Shown here piece after piece: positions 38,427-52,317 of a stretch of 64,000 nt of DNA. Every line of letters begins with the position of its first letter. Positions within the stretch are counted from its first letter, which is position 1. Made by a program: the position numbers and the translations under genes. The notes under the pieces are model-generated. The model had not been told where the DNA came from and did no database searches. It saw only the letters and a list, made by a program, of their open reading frames with translations. This stretch comes from Takakia lepidozioides (taxonomy: Eukaryota; Plantae; Bryophyta): positions 45,694,001 through 45,758,000 of the forward strand of contig CM060734.1 of the NCBI GenBank assembly GCA_030704615.1, read 5' to 3'.

Positions 38427-41400
38427 CTAGGGTAGCCTGTGCCGTTGGCCAACGTGTGAAGAATTCAAGTGCGTCTCCTATGTTAAGTCCCATCTAAGCC
38501 CAAGTTCAATCTCCTATGTATCCAAGTCTTTCTCCAATGTAGAAGCCCAAGTGCGACCACTAATGTCAATCCAACACTTAATTTTGTAATTTAGTTAAAT
38601 TTTTGTGTGACCAAAATTGTTCATATTTCTATAATTCTCGGGCCGTTGGTGCAAATTTTATGAAACCAAGTCGGTGCACCCCTACTCATCGAGGCTTTTC
38701 ATCGGTACCAAAATCGTATCTTTCCAATGCTTGATTTTGTAATTTAGATGAATTTTCAATAACCAAAATTGTTTATAATTCCATAAGTCTCGGCTTGTAT
38801 GTCCAAATTTTGTGAAACCAAGTCGGTGCACCCGTACTTATTGAGGGCTTTCCAACAGTACTAAAATCGTGGCCAAAGGCCCCAAGATTTAGGAGATTTC
38901 AACCACACTACAAACATTATTGCGAACGTCAATATTGAAAAAAGGCCCAATTTACATTTACGTCCACTTGCACAAAAGACAAATGAAGGGCCAATCATTG
39001 CTCCAAGAAAGCACACTTTGTTATTTTTCAGGAATTTATAGCAACCAAAAGTACTTCAAATTCCATATCTCCCACACCGCAGGTCCAAAAATCAATGAGA
39101 CCAAGCTGGTGTACCCCTCCTCATCAAGGGCTTTCCAACAGTACCAAATACAAGGGCCCGCAAGATTTTGTTTTTTTTTTAAAATAAATTTTAAAAAGGT
39201 CCGAGAGACACCTTGAAAATTTATTCATGAGGAAAAAGTAACCTCACATGACATGCCATGGAGGCTGATGAAAGGGACGCTGCCCCGTAACCAGATGCTA
39301 CAGGGAACAAACTACGATCCAGGGACGAACCAAGATCAAATCTAGAGACAAATCCAGGGAATTCTCTAGAGTAATGCAAGCATGAGAGAGCTCAGGGAAC
39401 TCTGCGCTTCCAGAAGAAGGCTCGAAGGAGAGTTGCGCCTTGGACTTCCCTTTTCTGAAGCTTCTGCGGTGACGGTAATTTGTATCACAGTCTTCTTCTT
39501 CGACAGGAGATAGTTGGGTGCTCAAGGGGACATTGAGAGAACATCCTTCTTTGTGATCCACGCCGTAGAGAATTTGTTTGCTTCGGTGAGAAGGATTGAA
39601 AGCGTCTCATATGGAAACCCAAAGAGAATCGGGGAGATATTGATGGCCACTTTTGGCGACTTGCAAATCGCAAAAGCATCCTCCAGGTCGATGTCTGCAA
39701 AGGATTGCAGTTGGAGACAAAAAGTAGCCAAGCTGTGTTGGCCCTCCGGCATGACCAATGGAAAAACAGTCGGAATGTCTTCCGGTTTCCGAGAGGAGGC
39801 AGGGGAGCTGACAGGGAGCAAAAAAACCCTCGGGCTGATCTGCGCAGGGGAACATGGAGATCCGGCTTTCTGCCGCTTTGCCGAAGGTATCTCTGTGGGT
39901 GATATCTCATAATGTTTCCTCGTTCTGCCTCCATCTGCATCCTGCACATGCAATTCCGTATTGTGAGAAGATGGAGTGCGGAGGGGGCGCCCTCGAATCA
40001 AGTCGCGCTTAGCCAAGCGAACGGGGCAGTCAGAGACTACATGCCCTTCAACATACTATAGCCAGAATAACCTCCTTTACAAGCACAGAGATGAAGGAGT
40101 GATTGATGGTAGGCAGTTTGATAGTGGGCCTGATGGTTGTCGAGTCTGGCATCATCACAACGATCTGTGGGACGCCACCATCCCTTTCCATGCCGTAACT
40201 GGCACCCTCAGCATCCACACTTAGGGGGGCCACATCGAGGTGATCGAAGACGTTCATAGATCCTATGTAGGCTCCAAAGTGAGCTCCTATCTCTGGGAGG
40301 GAATGCAGGTAGTTGCCAGGCAGATACGGAAGAGCCAGAATTCGGGGCTTATAAGTGATTCCTTCCTTATGACCCCATTCTGGAGACCATGGGAAAATAT
40401 GAACCCTATGCTTGGACTTCCTTGTGTTGAAGTTGAGGGCTCGCTCTGCAAACAGTGGAGAACTAACAGAGAAGAACCCTCTGCCAAGAGGGATGCAAAA
40501 GTGAGATGTCAGGCCTCCTTCCGCGCCAATGTGCACCTGCATCCAGTCCCTCGCCCAGTACCTATCGCGCACCCTGCCAGGAAAATAAATCAAAACACCC
40601 TGCTCCGCGAGCAGCTGAGTGTTCTTTGACGAGGGCCATATCGCAGAACCTCTTGAGACTCATCTAGCTCACCAGCATCCTCGCTCCAAACCATCGCTGG
40701 TTCAGAGGGGGGGGTGAGCCGAGGATCCAGATCCCGGAAAGTTTTGTCTCCTTGGTTGAATCCAGTGCTCCCTTCTGTTGTCTCTTTCTCTGCGCCGGCT
40801 AGGCCGGTTGTCTCTATGATGCCGTCTTTCATTGTTCATGTATGCTGGGGCGGCCGGAGCAGCAGACACAAAGGAGGCCATGATAACGCGCTAGATGGCT
40901 TGGGGATCTAGCAAGGAGGAACACGAGGAAGATCGGGTCGTGAGAGAGGGAAATGCAAGTGCTAAGATCACACCGCACGGTGAAGGTGGGGGCAAGGTTG
41001 CGCGGGAAGGGATCGACAGGATAATCAATGGAAGACTGCGCAAGGTGACATATCAAGGAGATGCTTGTCAGATCATGAAGTGTTGGGGCGGCTTGGTTAA
41101 ACTCCACTCACATGGCCCAGCTGGTGCAGCAAAACCAAGGATGCGCCGAAAATACACACGGCACACAATGAGTGCAGCCGTAACTGAGAATTAGAGCCTT
41201 TATTCAGATGAAGAACGAAAAACAGAGGAGGTAAGAAGAAGAAGAAGGAGGAGGAGGAATGAGATGAAGAAGAAGTGAAATGCTCAGCCCACTTTGATAG
41301 AGAATGAAGAAGCGGGACGGACAGAGAGAAGATCGAGTCAGGGAATGAAAGAGGGCCAGGAGGCTTCCATCTCCTCGCAGGTGCTCCAGCGGCTAAGTGC

Positions 41401-41520
41401 CAGGCACCCTCACCGTGAATCGCGGAGCTCCATCGCTCCCATGTCACCTGCCGATCTGTGCAAGATCTCAATGCTAAAAACAAAACAAACAAAAAACTTA
41501 GACCATGCTTCACACATATA
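38427..41520 (-). mobile_element. Helitron-like non-autonomous element
   Basis: rc 3' end ...gttggccaacggcacaggctaccCTAG|T with a short palindrome upstream. Three internal repeats ggtg(c/t)accc.t.ct.at..agg.cttt at ~38673, 38824 and 39108. The 5' TC end is not clearly identifiable. Confidence 0.5.
39235..41460 (-). mobile_element. L1-type LINE 5' half (5' UTR and degenerate ORF1, DUF4283-like)
   Basis: IYFPGRV...W...HIG......PLGRGFFSV......RAL....IFPWSPEW...LPYLP..Y...L.EIG..FG resembles plant L1 ORF1. GC-rich insert in AT-rich flanks, no RT. Confidence 0.6.
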
Positions 41521-41551
41521 TATATTAATTTTGTTTTGTTAATAAAAGGAA

Positions 41552-41777
41552 ACCTGGGAGCGCTTCCCAGGTATTTCCCTTAAATTAAAATTTAAAAAAA
41601 AAAAAAAACCTGGGAGCGCTTGCCAGAGGAGGGGGAAAAATTAACCCCCTTTCATTTATGGGCCATGAGACCTACAGGACGATCTACGCCCAGCCCATAC
41701 ACGGGGCAGCAGGGTGGGTTTGAACCCTAAACCACCAGGGCGACATACTGTGCACTTACCAGCTATGCTACCAGCCT
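41552..41777. repeat. Palindromes plus tRNA-like A/B boxes (repeat-derived)
   Basis: acctgggagcgcttcccaggt near-palindrome, twice (~41552, ~41608). On the - strand, A-box tagcatagctggt and B-box ggttcaaaccc. Confidence 0.4.
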
Positions 41778-42361
41778 ATGTTGCACATTCAAATGGTAAA
41801 TAGTAAACATGGATTGTTGTGAGAAAAAAAGTTTTAGTATGTTTTGCAACCTTGAGAAAGGAAGGTGATCGCTTTGATCTCTCAGAGCTCCTCAGAGCGT
41901 TATGGTGATCTTTGTTAGATGCGATTGCGTGAAGTCCAGTGAGAAGGCGGATATTAGTTAGATGTGCAGGTTGTGCTAAAACTCTGGGAGCCTTTCGCAG
42001 AGAATGATTTCTTACACTATTCTTGGGTTTACATTAAACGATGCTCCTATCTCTACAGTCTCAAGCGCTCATGACGTGCCCCATACTCTACAGTTTTCCT
42101 GCTTCGACATCAGCAATTTGATGCTACATACTGTACATGATCTAGCGGTACATGTGAAATTTGATGGGTTTTAACAATTTGATGAGACTCGTTACGTGTA
42201 ACATAACTTAATTGTAGTCTTCTTTCAATCATAAACTAGATTTAGAAGACCAGGAGCAGATTATCTCGAGACTGCACATGTATTGGTACATTGACTGCAA
42301 GACGGGTGTGAACCAGATTCCTTTTCAAAAAAACTCAGAAAAGACAACAATTGTTCATATA

Positions 42362-45300
42362 TCAAACGGGCTCTCCCTCTCTTTGGGGCGAGATCAACCG
42401 CAGCGGCCGCTGAGCTATGGGATCCTTGAGAATCGAGGTGACATACATATTTTGGGGATCACAGTATGCACCGTTGTCCTCGCAAACATGTGTAGATGGG
42501 GACGTTGAAGTAGAAGATGTGACAGTCGAAGTAGAATTTCCGCTGCAATTGAAAGTTGGAGTAGGCGTCTGCGCCAGCAGCCACCCCATCACCTCCTCCA
42601 TGTCTACTTGTCCATCTCTTGGTGAATTTGAGTCCCCAGTCACCAACTCCCTCTATCATAGTATTCCACATTCAGAATGAGTAAAAGTCTAATGATCAAC
42701 TGAAAAATGCAGATCTTACGGGTCTATGGCCACCATTATAGATCTCTGTTTTATTGACCCAAACTCTGTGGGATTTTTACGGATGTTCATTTGTTTCTTC
42801 TTTCTCTTTACCCTTCCCCTCTCCCTGGCAGGAGACACAAAAACATGCAAATACACACGCACTTGAGGACGTTCTATATCTATATATCCAAATTACTTTT
42901 TGCGATTTCAAAGTTACAATGCTACCTAAATTCAAACTCAAACTTGCGTATAGTCTGTGGACGGAAGCTCGAAGATCTTGAGATTGAACTGTCAAGAACG
43001 AGATAACAACTTGCAAGGCAATATTGGACTGCCAACTAAAATCAAGGAAATTTAATTAAGTGCCGTCATGTTCTGGTTTTCAATCAGGGATTCAGCACTT
43101 GAGTGTGGCGCATCCAAACAACTTGTATATTAAGATGATCAAGTAGTATGAGAAAGGTCTACCTCTTGACTTAGTATGGAAGGATCCGAGGTATAAAGGT
43201 TGACCAGCGGTTTTCTGGCACCTGCAACACCTGCATGTAGCAGATCTCAACAGTTCTTAAATACGTTGAGTGTCGCCCCTGATTTGGCCAGTAAACTGAC
43301 TCATTTCTCGTCAAGATTCGGTTTTGGTCTTTTTCTACGAATACTCTATACAGGTAGACATTTCTCAGCGCATACAGATTCGCATTTTGTAGGTGCCAAG
43401 ATTATGAAAGACCTATTTGTATCTCGTCTGATGAGCACAGGAAGATAGGGTGCTTACGGATGAGGTCACTGTCACCAGGAATTTCGATGGACAAACCGTG
43501 CCTGACACATGCAGGGTGATTCGCACCAGATAGAAGCATTTCAAATCCTTCCTCTCTGCAACCCCTAAACATTATTGCCCCTTTGAGCTGCCGAATGGAA
43601 AATTATCAACATGAAACTTTAGGGTCAATGGAACTGAAAGAATCAAAGACAGGGATATACTCTTCAGATCTTGCGCAAACTTCGAGATCTGACCAAAAGG
43701 GTGTAACTCGTAAGTCATATGTATATCTTGAAGAACCACCTCTCCTCTTATCAATCATCGCTATGATGACTTCCTCCAACAGACATGTTTAAAATTCTTT
43801 AATTAATACTGTGCTTGAAGTTCATGACCCACACCTGATCTCCTGCTTATCTTTGCTAAGCTTCTTGGCTCGCTTCATGTCCCGGCTCATCTGATTGTCA
43901 TTCCAGGGCTCCACCTGCAGTGCCATGCTGCTTGTTGCGTGCGCCAACTTAGCGGAGCGATGGGATCGCTTCTTACACAACGCATTGAAGCGATTCTTGA
44001 CAGCATTGTCGGTCCTGTAATAAGTAGTCCTAAATGACACAGTTGGTGAGTGGTTGCCTTCACCCTCACACTCACCAGCACCCAACAATATACGCCCCCG
44101 CGGTGCTTACTGCAGCACCTGGGGATGTCAGATCCCTCCACACAAGCTGCTCCTAATCCTAAACTGCCCAGCTGACCATATTCCGACAAGATTCAGTTAA
44201 AAGCTAGAAATGGGCAGTCTCTGTCATGTATAAACTAATATAAATTCTTCCCTTGGCGAAATCGGCATCACTGTGATATATGGAGCTCGTTTCGTGTATG
44301 CGGGAGTGGGTGAAAAGCTCTTTTAAGTAAAAGGTTTGCACTATCGACACAGGATCTTGTAGGGCTTACCTCCCAGGAACCATTTTGGCAATCTCTGTCC
44401 AGCGATTTCCATAAGCATTATGTCCCTACCAGAACCACATGGAGTCTTCTGTTTGAATATTCACTAGAAGTTGAATCAATTGGTACAAATTTCCATGAAG
44501 TTGCTAGACGTGTACGAGGTATAATTTGAAGACACTTCACGTGATGATTAGAGTGACACAAAACCCACAAGTGCTCACCTCAAGGAGAAGTCGGTCTTCC
44601 TCGGCACTCCAGCTGCTCTTGTTCATGCACATGTGAAGATAAGTCCTCCATCTAAACACTAGCAGCTATTGTCCTGTTAGATTCTACATTAGCAGCAATC
44701 CAGGTAAGTTCTTGTTAGTTCACTAAACAGCGAGCCCTACATGAAAGGTGATGATAACAGTCGCCCATTGTACTTTAAAGTTAAATTTCATTGACTCCAA
44801 CAGCTCGCTGTACACTCTGACAAGGATTTGTGGCACTGGACTCCACTAAATTCCATATCAAATTATCTTCTGTCCTTCCTCATGTGTCGGTCTTTAACAG
44901 TCTTGAATTTTACTCTAATTTACTCTGGGTCCATCCGTATGCCAAATTATGTACTCCTCTACAACCGCTTCCCTCCACCTTGATTGAGTTTGCTTATTGT
45001 CATAGCACAAAAGCCAAGAGCTTGATACACCTTTTTCTGCATTCGCGAGGTGTCTTGTTGTGCATCTTTGCTGAGATAATGTGCCATCTGGAAAAGCATG
45101 GGAAAATATCCAGTGTCAACATCTGCTCGTGGCTCTCCCTGGACCGATGCTACTCTCTACTTCTCCCGGGTACGTATGGACCACTAAGCAGAGAGGGAAT
45201 TTAGTATGCACGCACATACTTTGGACACTTGAGATTATCATCTCAGAATCAATGTACGTTATTGTTGAGCAGTTCAAGGATTACATTACATATGCATGCA

Positions 45301-46702
45301 TATATAGATCTCTCAAGGCCGAACTAGGTATCACATGAAATTCCTACTCTTCCTCTCAAATAGGTTAAATAGTTTTAGTTCCTACATACAGCATGTTTTA
45401 GGTATGTTTTCCTGGTGCCACAAGTATAGGACTGATATGATCATGGAATAGTAAATATTGTACCCTCGCAAGCTTGAACAATTAGTACAGTACTAGAGAC
45501 TTTTGAGTTTTAATTGTGACCGGGCCATAGATTCATGAGTCCATGATCATGTGTGCAAAGCGTGAAAGTGTTCGTGGAAGTGTTGACTTTCACATTCTAC
45601 GTACTTCTTTGTTCCATGTCGCTTGACCAGCTCCCTCAGAAATTCATCCTCCTGATTCGGCAAGGAAAAGTTTTTAGGACTGATATTCGGGCTATTCCTG
45701 AAACTTAGAGCTGAAGATTGTAATTGTCACAAGCTTCTCATACATGTACGTATGGGCCGAGCTTCAGTGCTCTGAGCTGTGACACGTTCCAGGGAGTACA
45801 TAACTGCAGTATTCAGGCCCCCTAGATCTAAATTTCAAACCTATAATCTCTGCGCCGCTGGTGCAGCTCAACGACAGACAGTTTAATGCACTTGCAACGA
45901 AATGTATTGTATAATTCAGATGACATTGTAGATTGAACATCTCATAAGATTCCTTGGTAGTCTTGGCTCCTTTAGGTCTAGACTGATTCTCCATGGAAGT
46001 TACCCTGATGCTTGCTTCGTACTCACATCATGTTCTCAGAACGTGACAAAATAGGACGAATGCGAGAGGGAGACCAAGACAGATCAGTGAGGGGAGGGGC
46101 GATTTGTATTCGTGCACATTTACTGTCAGCTGATCTGTGTCTTTGCTCCCTCCCTAAACTGAAATTCCGTCATCCAATTGTTAGTTGTCAACCACAAAGC
46201 GCGGCCATTTTGTTGACTCTAGGTAAAAAGCTGTGCTCAAGCTGCTTGCCTTACATTTGAGTTTAGTACGTTTGAGCACATGGGTCAAGTTTGACTGGTT
46301 GTGATGATGTTTAAACGAACACCCTGGGACATAGCCATATAGCCCAATAGTAACATTTGATATTACGTACATGTAATTATCTGCAGGCAGGCCCCATCTA
46401 CCCCTCACACAAATGCATGGGCCAATTACAGACAAAAGGTGGCAGACCTGCTCACTGAAGGTGGCGGGAGGATCCGTGGAGAGGTCGGATTCGCTTGGTG
46501 AGTCTTGTGAGGTGGGGGAGGGATGAGACGTGAATCTGAGGGGCGGAAGGGAAGGAGATGGCGCAACCACATGAGACAGGGGGCCGGGTGGGATGGGCTT
46601 GTCTCGGATCTGCATGAGCGGGTCTGCGCAACTTAGTGAGCTCACTCGAGCATGGAACAAATGTACTGGGTTTCCGTTTCGCATCAGGGCGTCTAATGCC
46701 AT
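42362..46702 (-). CDS. R2R3-MYB transcription factor, FLP/MYB88-type DNA-binding domain
   Basis: Exons 46702-46448, 45651-45605, 45087-45031, 44651-44579, 44425-44370, 44014-43835, 43501-43458, 43221-43163, 42652-42362, all GT-AG and in phase. FSEQEDEFLRELVKRHGTKKWHIISAKMHNKTPRECRKRWRTYL...WSAEEDRLLLEGHNAYGNRWTEIAKMVPGRTDNAVKNRFNALCKKR. Confidence 0.88.
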
Positions 46703-48425
46703 AGCCGTTTCCCATTTAAGTCTGTCCTGCCCTCATGGCTTATCCTTCTCACCCAGAGCTCGAGAGTGGGTCCTCTTTATCTTCCTCACGTTTCTACCAA
46801 TCGACTCCTTTATATGCTCAGAGCCTTTGACCAGACCTAGACTGTAACTTAGGTTATCCTGAACTATTGCAGTCAACGGGGTCCAATATCAATCCTCCTT
46901 GATTCAATTAGCCAGGATATATGGTGTGGCTTGCATCTCATCTTCAAGAGTAATTAAATAGAACGGTCACCTGCCGGTTTGCAAAGTTCAGATTATGCAA
47001 ATGGATGGGACGGTGGCAGCTATACAGTCGGAACACCCTTGCGTGCTGCCCAAGTTTGATGAAACTGTGCAGATTGCAGGAGGCTCCCCGAGTTTTTTTC
47101 CCAAATGACCATTTGCTGGTCATTGGCACTCAAAGATCGGCCTGCTAGGCGCTGAGTAGCATTGAATCCAGCCACCGAAAATCTGGTATGGGAAAATACG
47201 TAGTAAGCAAATGCATGATGATTTTCAAGCACAATGTGACCGGCCCAGGGGAAGATGAGCAACATGGATGATCCAATGGGCGCAGCAGACGCAGCCTGGT
47301 GTAGTTTCACATTGCAAAGGACACTGTACTTTGCTGCAAACACACAAGCTTCCCCCGATGCTAGATATTCATATGTCTCTCATGTGCAAGCTTGTGTACA
47401 TGTATGCATCACTGTATGTCTAGAGCTCTAACCCCTACAATCATCTTAATCCATACCTCTCTACATGTCTCAGTTCTGTTGCACTCCTTCATCTCCCCTC
47501 TCTCTCACACTAATTCGCCCTGCACTCTTCCCACACATGCATTCAATCATATTGCCCAAGGTGCTGGGCAACATGATCGAAATGCTCACGTCGAAGCAGC
47601 AGTCCTGACTAGTGCATCTAGACCTGTACACCCCCACAGATCACACATGTATTCAGGCGAGGATCGAACAACTCCGTCTCTCAAACGCTTGCGCAGATCA
47701 CGAGACTTGTTTGCAGCATCGCACGAAAGAGAGGGACACTGTCCTTAGCTGGTTAGAGTGGTTAAGAAGTTAAGAAAACTGTTTCGGTTACTTTCATTCA
47801 TCCTTCAACCCATTTCCGTGGACGACAGTCATCCATCTTTAGCTCAGCCGTCATTTCGGCTCCCTGTTTATTCATCCAATCCAGTCTTCGGATGAGAACT
47901 GCGACGGAAAGACACAGCCAGAAACTGAATTCCGTGGGAGCACAGGTGAGAACATGGGAACTCTCTCTGTTCCCACACCCCGATATAGGAATACAATTTT
48001 TAGCTCTGTTTCACAAGTTGAATAGTTTTATATTAAAAATACGTTTTGACTTTCCTCAACGCAGGTAATCCCTTTTGCGAATTGAGCGTTTCCTGGAATA
48101 ACCGAGGATTAGGTAATTCCCGGGGCTCGGTGAAGGAGCGGAGAAGTAAGGTCTCTCCTGCGTCGTCTTCACCGCTGCAGACCAAGCAAATCCATGGCGG
48201 AAGAAGCGGGTCGATAGTTGATGCAGGAGGGAGGAAGGAAGAGGGACGAAACCCAATTGGCACATTTCTGTCAGATCTGGTCTCTGAAGCTGTAGTGACT
48301 GGTAGCCAGATTTTTCAGAGAAAAAAGGGGTTGTATCATGGGAGATACGATGAGCGAGGGATTGCAGGCCTGAGAGCAGCAGAGAAGCGACCCAGAAATT
48401 ACCAGCTCTGGGAAGGAATCAGAAA

Positions 48426-48449
48426 GGAGGAGGAGGAGGAGGAGGAGGA
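48426..48449 (+). repeat. (GAG)n tract upstream of the PEX7 start codon
   Basis: gaggaggaggaggaggaggaggaa. Confidence 0.8.
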
Positions 48450-48471
48450 AAGCTGGGGACATCCTGCCATC

Positions 48472-51400
48472 ATGCCGATGTTCAAAACAGCCTTCAATGG
48501 CTACTCTGTACGTGCCAAATATCCTGGGTTTGTTCTTGTTGTAGGAAATCTCGAGGTTGGGTATGCCGTTAGCTTCCGTGGAAAGTTGGAACCGAGAGAA
48601 AAAAAATTCACTGAGCGGCCATACCTCTTGGGCACACGCCGTAAGGAGTAGGGTCTCGTGGTGATACGTACAAGAGCTTGGCGAGCAAGAGAGAAGGAGG
48701 AACAAGTGAGCTGGAAAGCGGGGCACAAGAATGATGTCAATTTCTATGTGGCGTCATTTAGTTGCTGATTCATAGCAGTCGTAGAATTATGCGTTTGACC
48801 GATGCAGCCCTTGTCATCTGCTTGCAGCTGGATTGAATGATTAGGAGACCTGCATGTCTTGGTGTTGTACTATTGGTGTGGGGAGATTGACAGTGATAAG
48901 TTGCATACCAAAGAGAGTTTGCATCGTGTTTCTTGTCATCTTACTGCCTTGTCTCTAACCTTCTCTCGAGTTCATGGTTTTACTGGATATTTGTTGGTTC
49001 AGTACATACCTTTATCCATAGAGATTATGTTCACCGGAGACTTTGCTTGCCGTAGTGATGTTCACATGTTGAGGGAGAGCTCAAAAATAAGAAGGGCCGG
49101 TGGGGACATCAGGTGAAATTCAGTCCATTTATAGAGACTCGACTGGCGGTGGCCACTTCTCAAAATTTCGGGATCATTGGCAGCGGTCGCCAGCACGTTC
49201 TTGAGGTCAGATTGTGTAGTTTTGTTGGTTTGTTATTGTGAGGCTAGTCAATTACTCTACCTGCTTGCTTTGAAACAGGTCAGGAGCAGTGGGCATGAGT
49301 TCTGATGTGCTGATATATACTTGCTTAATTCAGCTTCTAGATTTGATGGCTACAGGTGACACCCAACGGAATTGCAGAAGTGTGTGCTTACGACACCCCT
49401 GATGGTCTTTATGATTGCACCTGGTCTGAGGTATGTCTCACTCCACTCCCATGTGTCACATCTGTGTTGTGTAGTAGGTCCCAATACTAGTGCTAATTCC
49501 AACAATTTAGTTGATAATATTGTCAATGCCAGCACTTAAATTTACTCTCATTCCCTTTAAGTCGGTTTGTCTTCAGCCTCTCTGAGATATTGTGTTTTTC
49601 TGGTCAGCTTTGAGACCCGTTCGTTAAAACCCTACTTTAAGAGGTTTCTATCCCATAATTAGTATGCTATCAAGGGTACATACTATGAAACATTTGCAGG
49701 GGGAGTGATCAAGAGGAGTTTCCTCACTGCTTCTTACACATTTCTATGTCTAGAGTACCATCAGATTATGCGGTGCGCAGGCCTACTTTTTCTGGAAGCA
49801 TTTGTGATGGTTAGATTGTTGCTTTAGGAAATAGCCATGCCTGAGCTGAGGAATAATTATGCAAGTTTGCAACTGGTTGGCATGTTAGGAGTGCGCAATT
49901 TTTCTGGCAAGGTTGGCAATGACTCTGAAGTGATAATTGTGCTGATTTCAAATCTTCTGATAGCTCAAATGTCAAGGTACCCATTAAAGATCCGGGTACC
50001 TGGAGATTGAGCCACACTGGTTTTGCGACCATTGACAACCTTCAGAACTTGTTAATAGGGCAATTTTTCAAAAAAGCCATACCATCTTGTTTATAAATGA
50101 AATTCATTTTAAACATGTGTGAAACCCCGTCAACCCTTATGGTTTCTTAGACTGGAAATCAACTGCCTATGTGTAATCATATGTTGATTTGTTTTCTGTA
50201 TGTGTGATTGTTTTTAATAGGAAAATGAGAATGTGCTCGTGTCAGCGAGTGGAGATGGCAGTGTCAAGGTAAATGCATCAAATCACCCTGTACCCATTTG
50301 ACAGTTAGTTAGTTAGGCGGTTAGAACAGCTTGTAGATAAAATAGGCAGAGCAAGCATCCTGGGTGTGTCTCATAGTCTCAGGGGCCCTGTTTAAGCTCA
50401 GGCCCAACAATGCTTTCAAATTCTACGTTGAGCAGCAATTGACTGCTTAGCAATATGTCTGGATGTGAGCACTTAGATATAGTGCCCTGTACTCATAAGA
50501 CGTTGTTTGCCGTAGCCTTGTGGCCATTGACCCCGCGCCCAGTTTGAGCGGAAAAGACAAAGAGAGAGAGAGAGAGAGAGATTGCAAAGAAAAAGAAGGA
50601 AGACAGTAATCCAGGTTGTACATCTTGGCTACTGATGGGAGTATGACCACAGGTGTGGGATGTAGCGGCACCACCCATGGCTAACCCGATAAGAAACTAC
50701 CAGGAGCATGCCCACGAAGTGTAAGCTCTTTCCATCTCTGTTTCTCTCTCTCTGGTGCATCGGGATCAGAGAGCAACCCTCTTCAGGGCCATCAAGAACA
50801 TAGTCCCTGCATCTCTGTTCAAAATCTCGAGGCTGAGCCTAAAGCCTTGACCCTGTTGGGGTGTATTTTCTTGGCAGCTCATACACAGCAGATTGATGCT
50901 TGGGTGAAGGGCTTCTGGAAATTGGATTCCCATTGGATTAATTGGATTCACATCTGTATTTCCAGGCCTAACCTGGTCCCTCATTGAGTTATTTTTATTG
51001 GGTGAGTGCTGCAGATATTCAGTGGACTGGAACACAGTAAGGAAGGACTGCTTCCTGAGTGGCTCTTGGGATGACACCATTCGGGTATGCATTGTGCAAG
51101 ATGATTCTTCTCTCTGTAAACTAGGAGGTTCGATTGCGTTAGAATAAGTGGGTGTGTCCAAAGTCGAGACCAATGGTGCAGTGCACCAACCAGACCACTG
51201 TGGATAGTGGTGGAACTCGAAGTGGTCCCCACAACAGCATCTGAACGTTCCTCTCAGCAATCTCCAGGATGCCTAAACTTGTTTTTGGGTTCAGGAGCCT
51301 CCAGGGGGCAGACAGTGGAAGGGAGGGAAAGCAAAGGGGGACACTTTCCGATGGCCATTTATAGGGTTCAGGCAGTTTTGTTTCCCAAGCCCTTCCTAGA

Positions 51401-52317
51401 AAGTCAGAAACTCAGCACCCAGTTTGATTGTACACACAGGTTATGGGGATTGTAATGATCTTCAACGCTAGAATTCCTACACAATCAAATATGACACTGG
51501 CAGAGGGAGAATATTTATTTTGTTTGAAGTGCTAGCATGTAGTTGTGGGGCAATTGACAAAGTGGAACCTTGGCAGTTGCTTTAAAGGCCTGGGCTTTCT
51601 GTTCAACATGTTGTTAATTCATAAGTGGGATTATGGCAAAACAGCTGTGGACAGTGGAAGCACCGCAGTCATTACGAGTGTTTGCTGAGCATTCGTACTG
51701 TGTCTACAATGCTACCTGGTAAGGATCATTTGCACTGCTGACATTTAAGTTCTTTGTGTCTCCCTTTTCTTCTCGTTCCTTTGGGTTCAAATGTGAGGGT
51801 AACTTCAGCATGACATTGATGGCTTCGCAGGAACCCAAGGCATGCCGATGTGTTTGCGTCGGCGTCAGGGGACTGCACACTTCGTATATGGGATGTCCGA
51901 GAACCAAGAGCCACATACATCATTCCAGGCCACGACATGGAGATTCTGTCATGCGATTGGAACAAGTACAATGAATTCCTGTTGGCATCCGGCTCAGTTG
52001 ACAAATCTATTAAGATTTGGGACATAAGGAACGCCCGCCAAGAACTCACTTGTATGCGCGGACATACTTATGCTGTCCGGCGAGTGAAGTTCTCCCCCCA
52101 TCAAGAGAGCTTGTTGACTTCATGTTCCTACGATATGATGGTGTGTTTGTGGGACTATCGGGCCCCTGAAGATGCTCTCCTTGCACGCTTGGATCATCAC
52201 TCTGAATTCGCGGTTGGGATTGATATGAGTACTCTGGTGGAGGGTTTGCTGGCAAGTACAGCTTGGGATGAGTCTGTTTTTGTCTGGCAACAAGGAATGG
52301 ATCCCCGGGCATCTTAG
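48472..52317 (+). CDS. PEX7: Peroxin 7, PTS2 receptor (WD40)
   Basis: Exons 48472-48507, 49113-49205, 49356-49430, 50221-50268, 50653-50720, 51015-51084, 51645-51718, 51831-52317. MPMFKTAFNGYSVKFSPFIETRLAVATSQNFGIIG...DGLYDCTWSE...SGDGSVKVWD...SWDDTIRLW...FASASGDCTLRIWD...HHSEFAVGIDMS.LVEGLLASTAWDE...GMDPRAS*. Confidence 0.97.
50489..50560 (-). mobile_element. RTE-X family A extreme 3' fragment in PEX7 intron 4
   Basis: rc ccgctcaaactgggcgcggggtcaatggccacaaggctacggcaaacaacgtcttatgagtaca, nearly identical to 33024-33087. Abuts (GA)10 at 50561-50580. Confidence 0.85.
50765..50925 (+). mobile_element. RTE-X family A internal fragment in PEX7 intron 5
   Basis: Aligns with ~32762-32940 (..gaggctgagcctaaagcc..cagcagattgatgcttg.gtgaaggg). 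Preceded by tctctctctc. Confidence 0.7.

Noticed and set aside
39264-39292. Hammerhead-like CTGATGA...stem...GTAA
   Set aside because: Lacks the invariant GAAA and stems I/III. The CTGATGA at ~43428 fails likewise.
48046-48651. 201-aa ORF
   Set aside because: TTG start. Only 48472-48507 is PEX7 exon 1; the rest is upstream/UTR sequence and intron.
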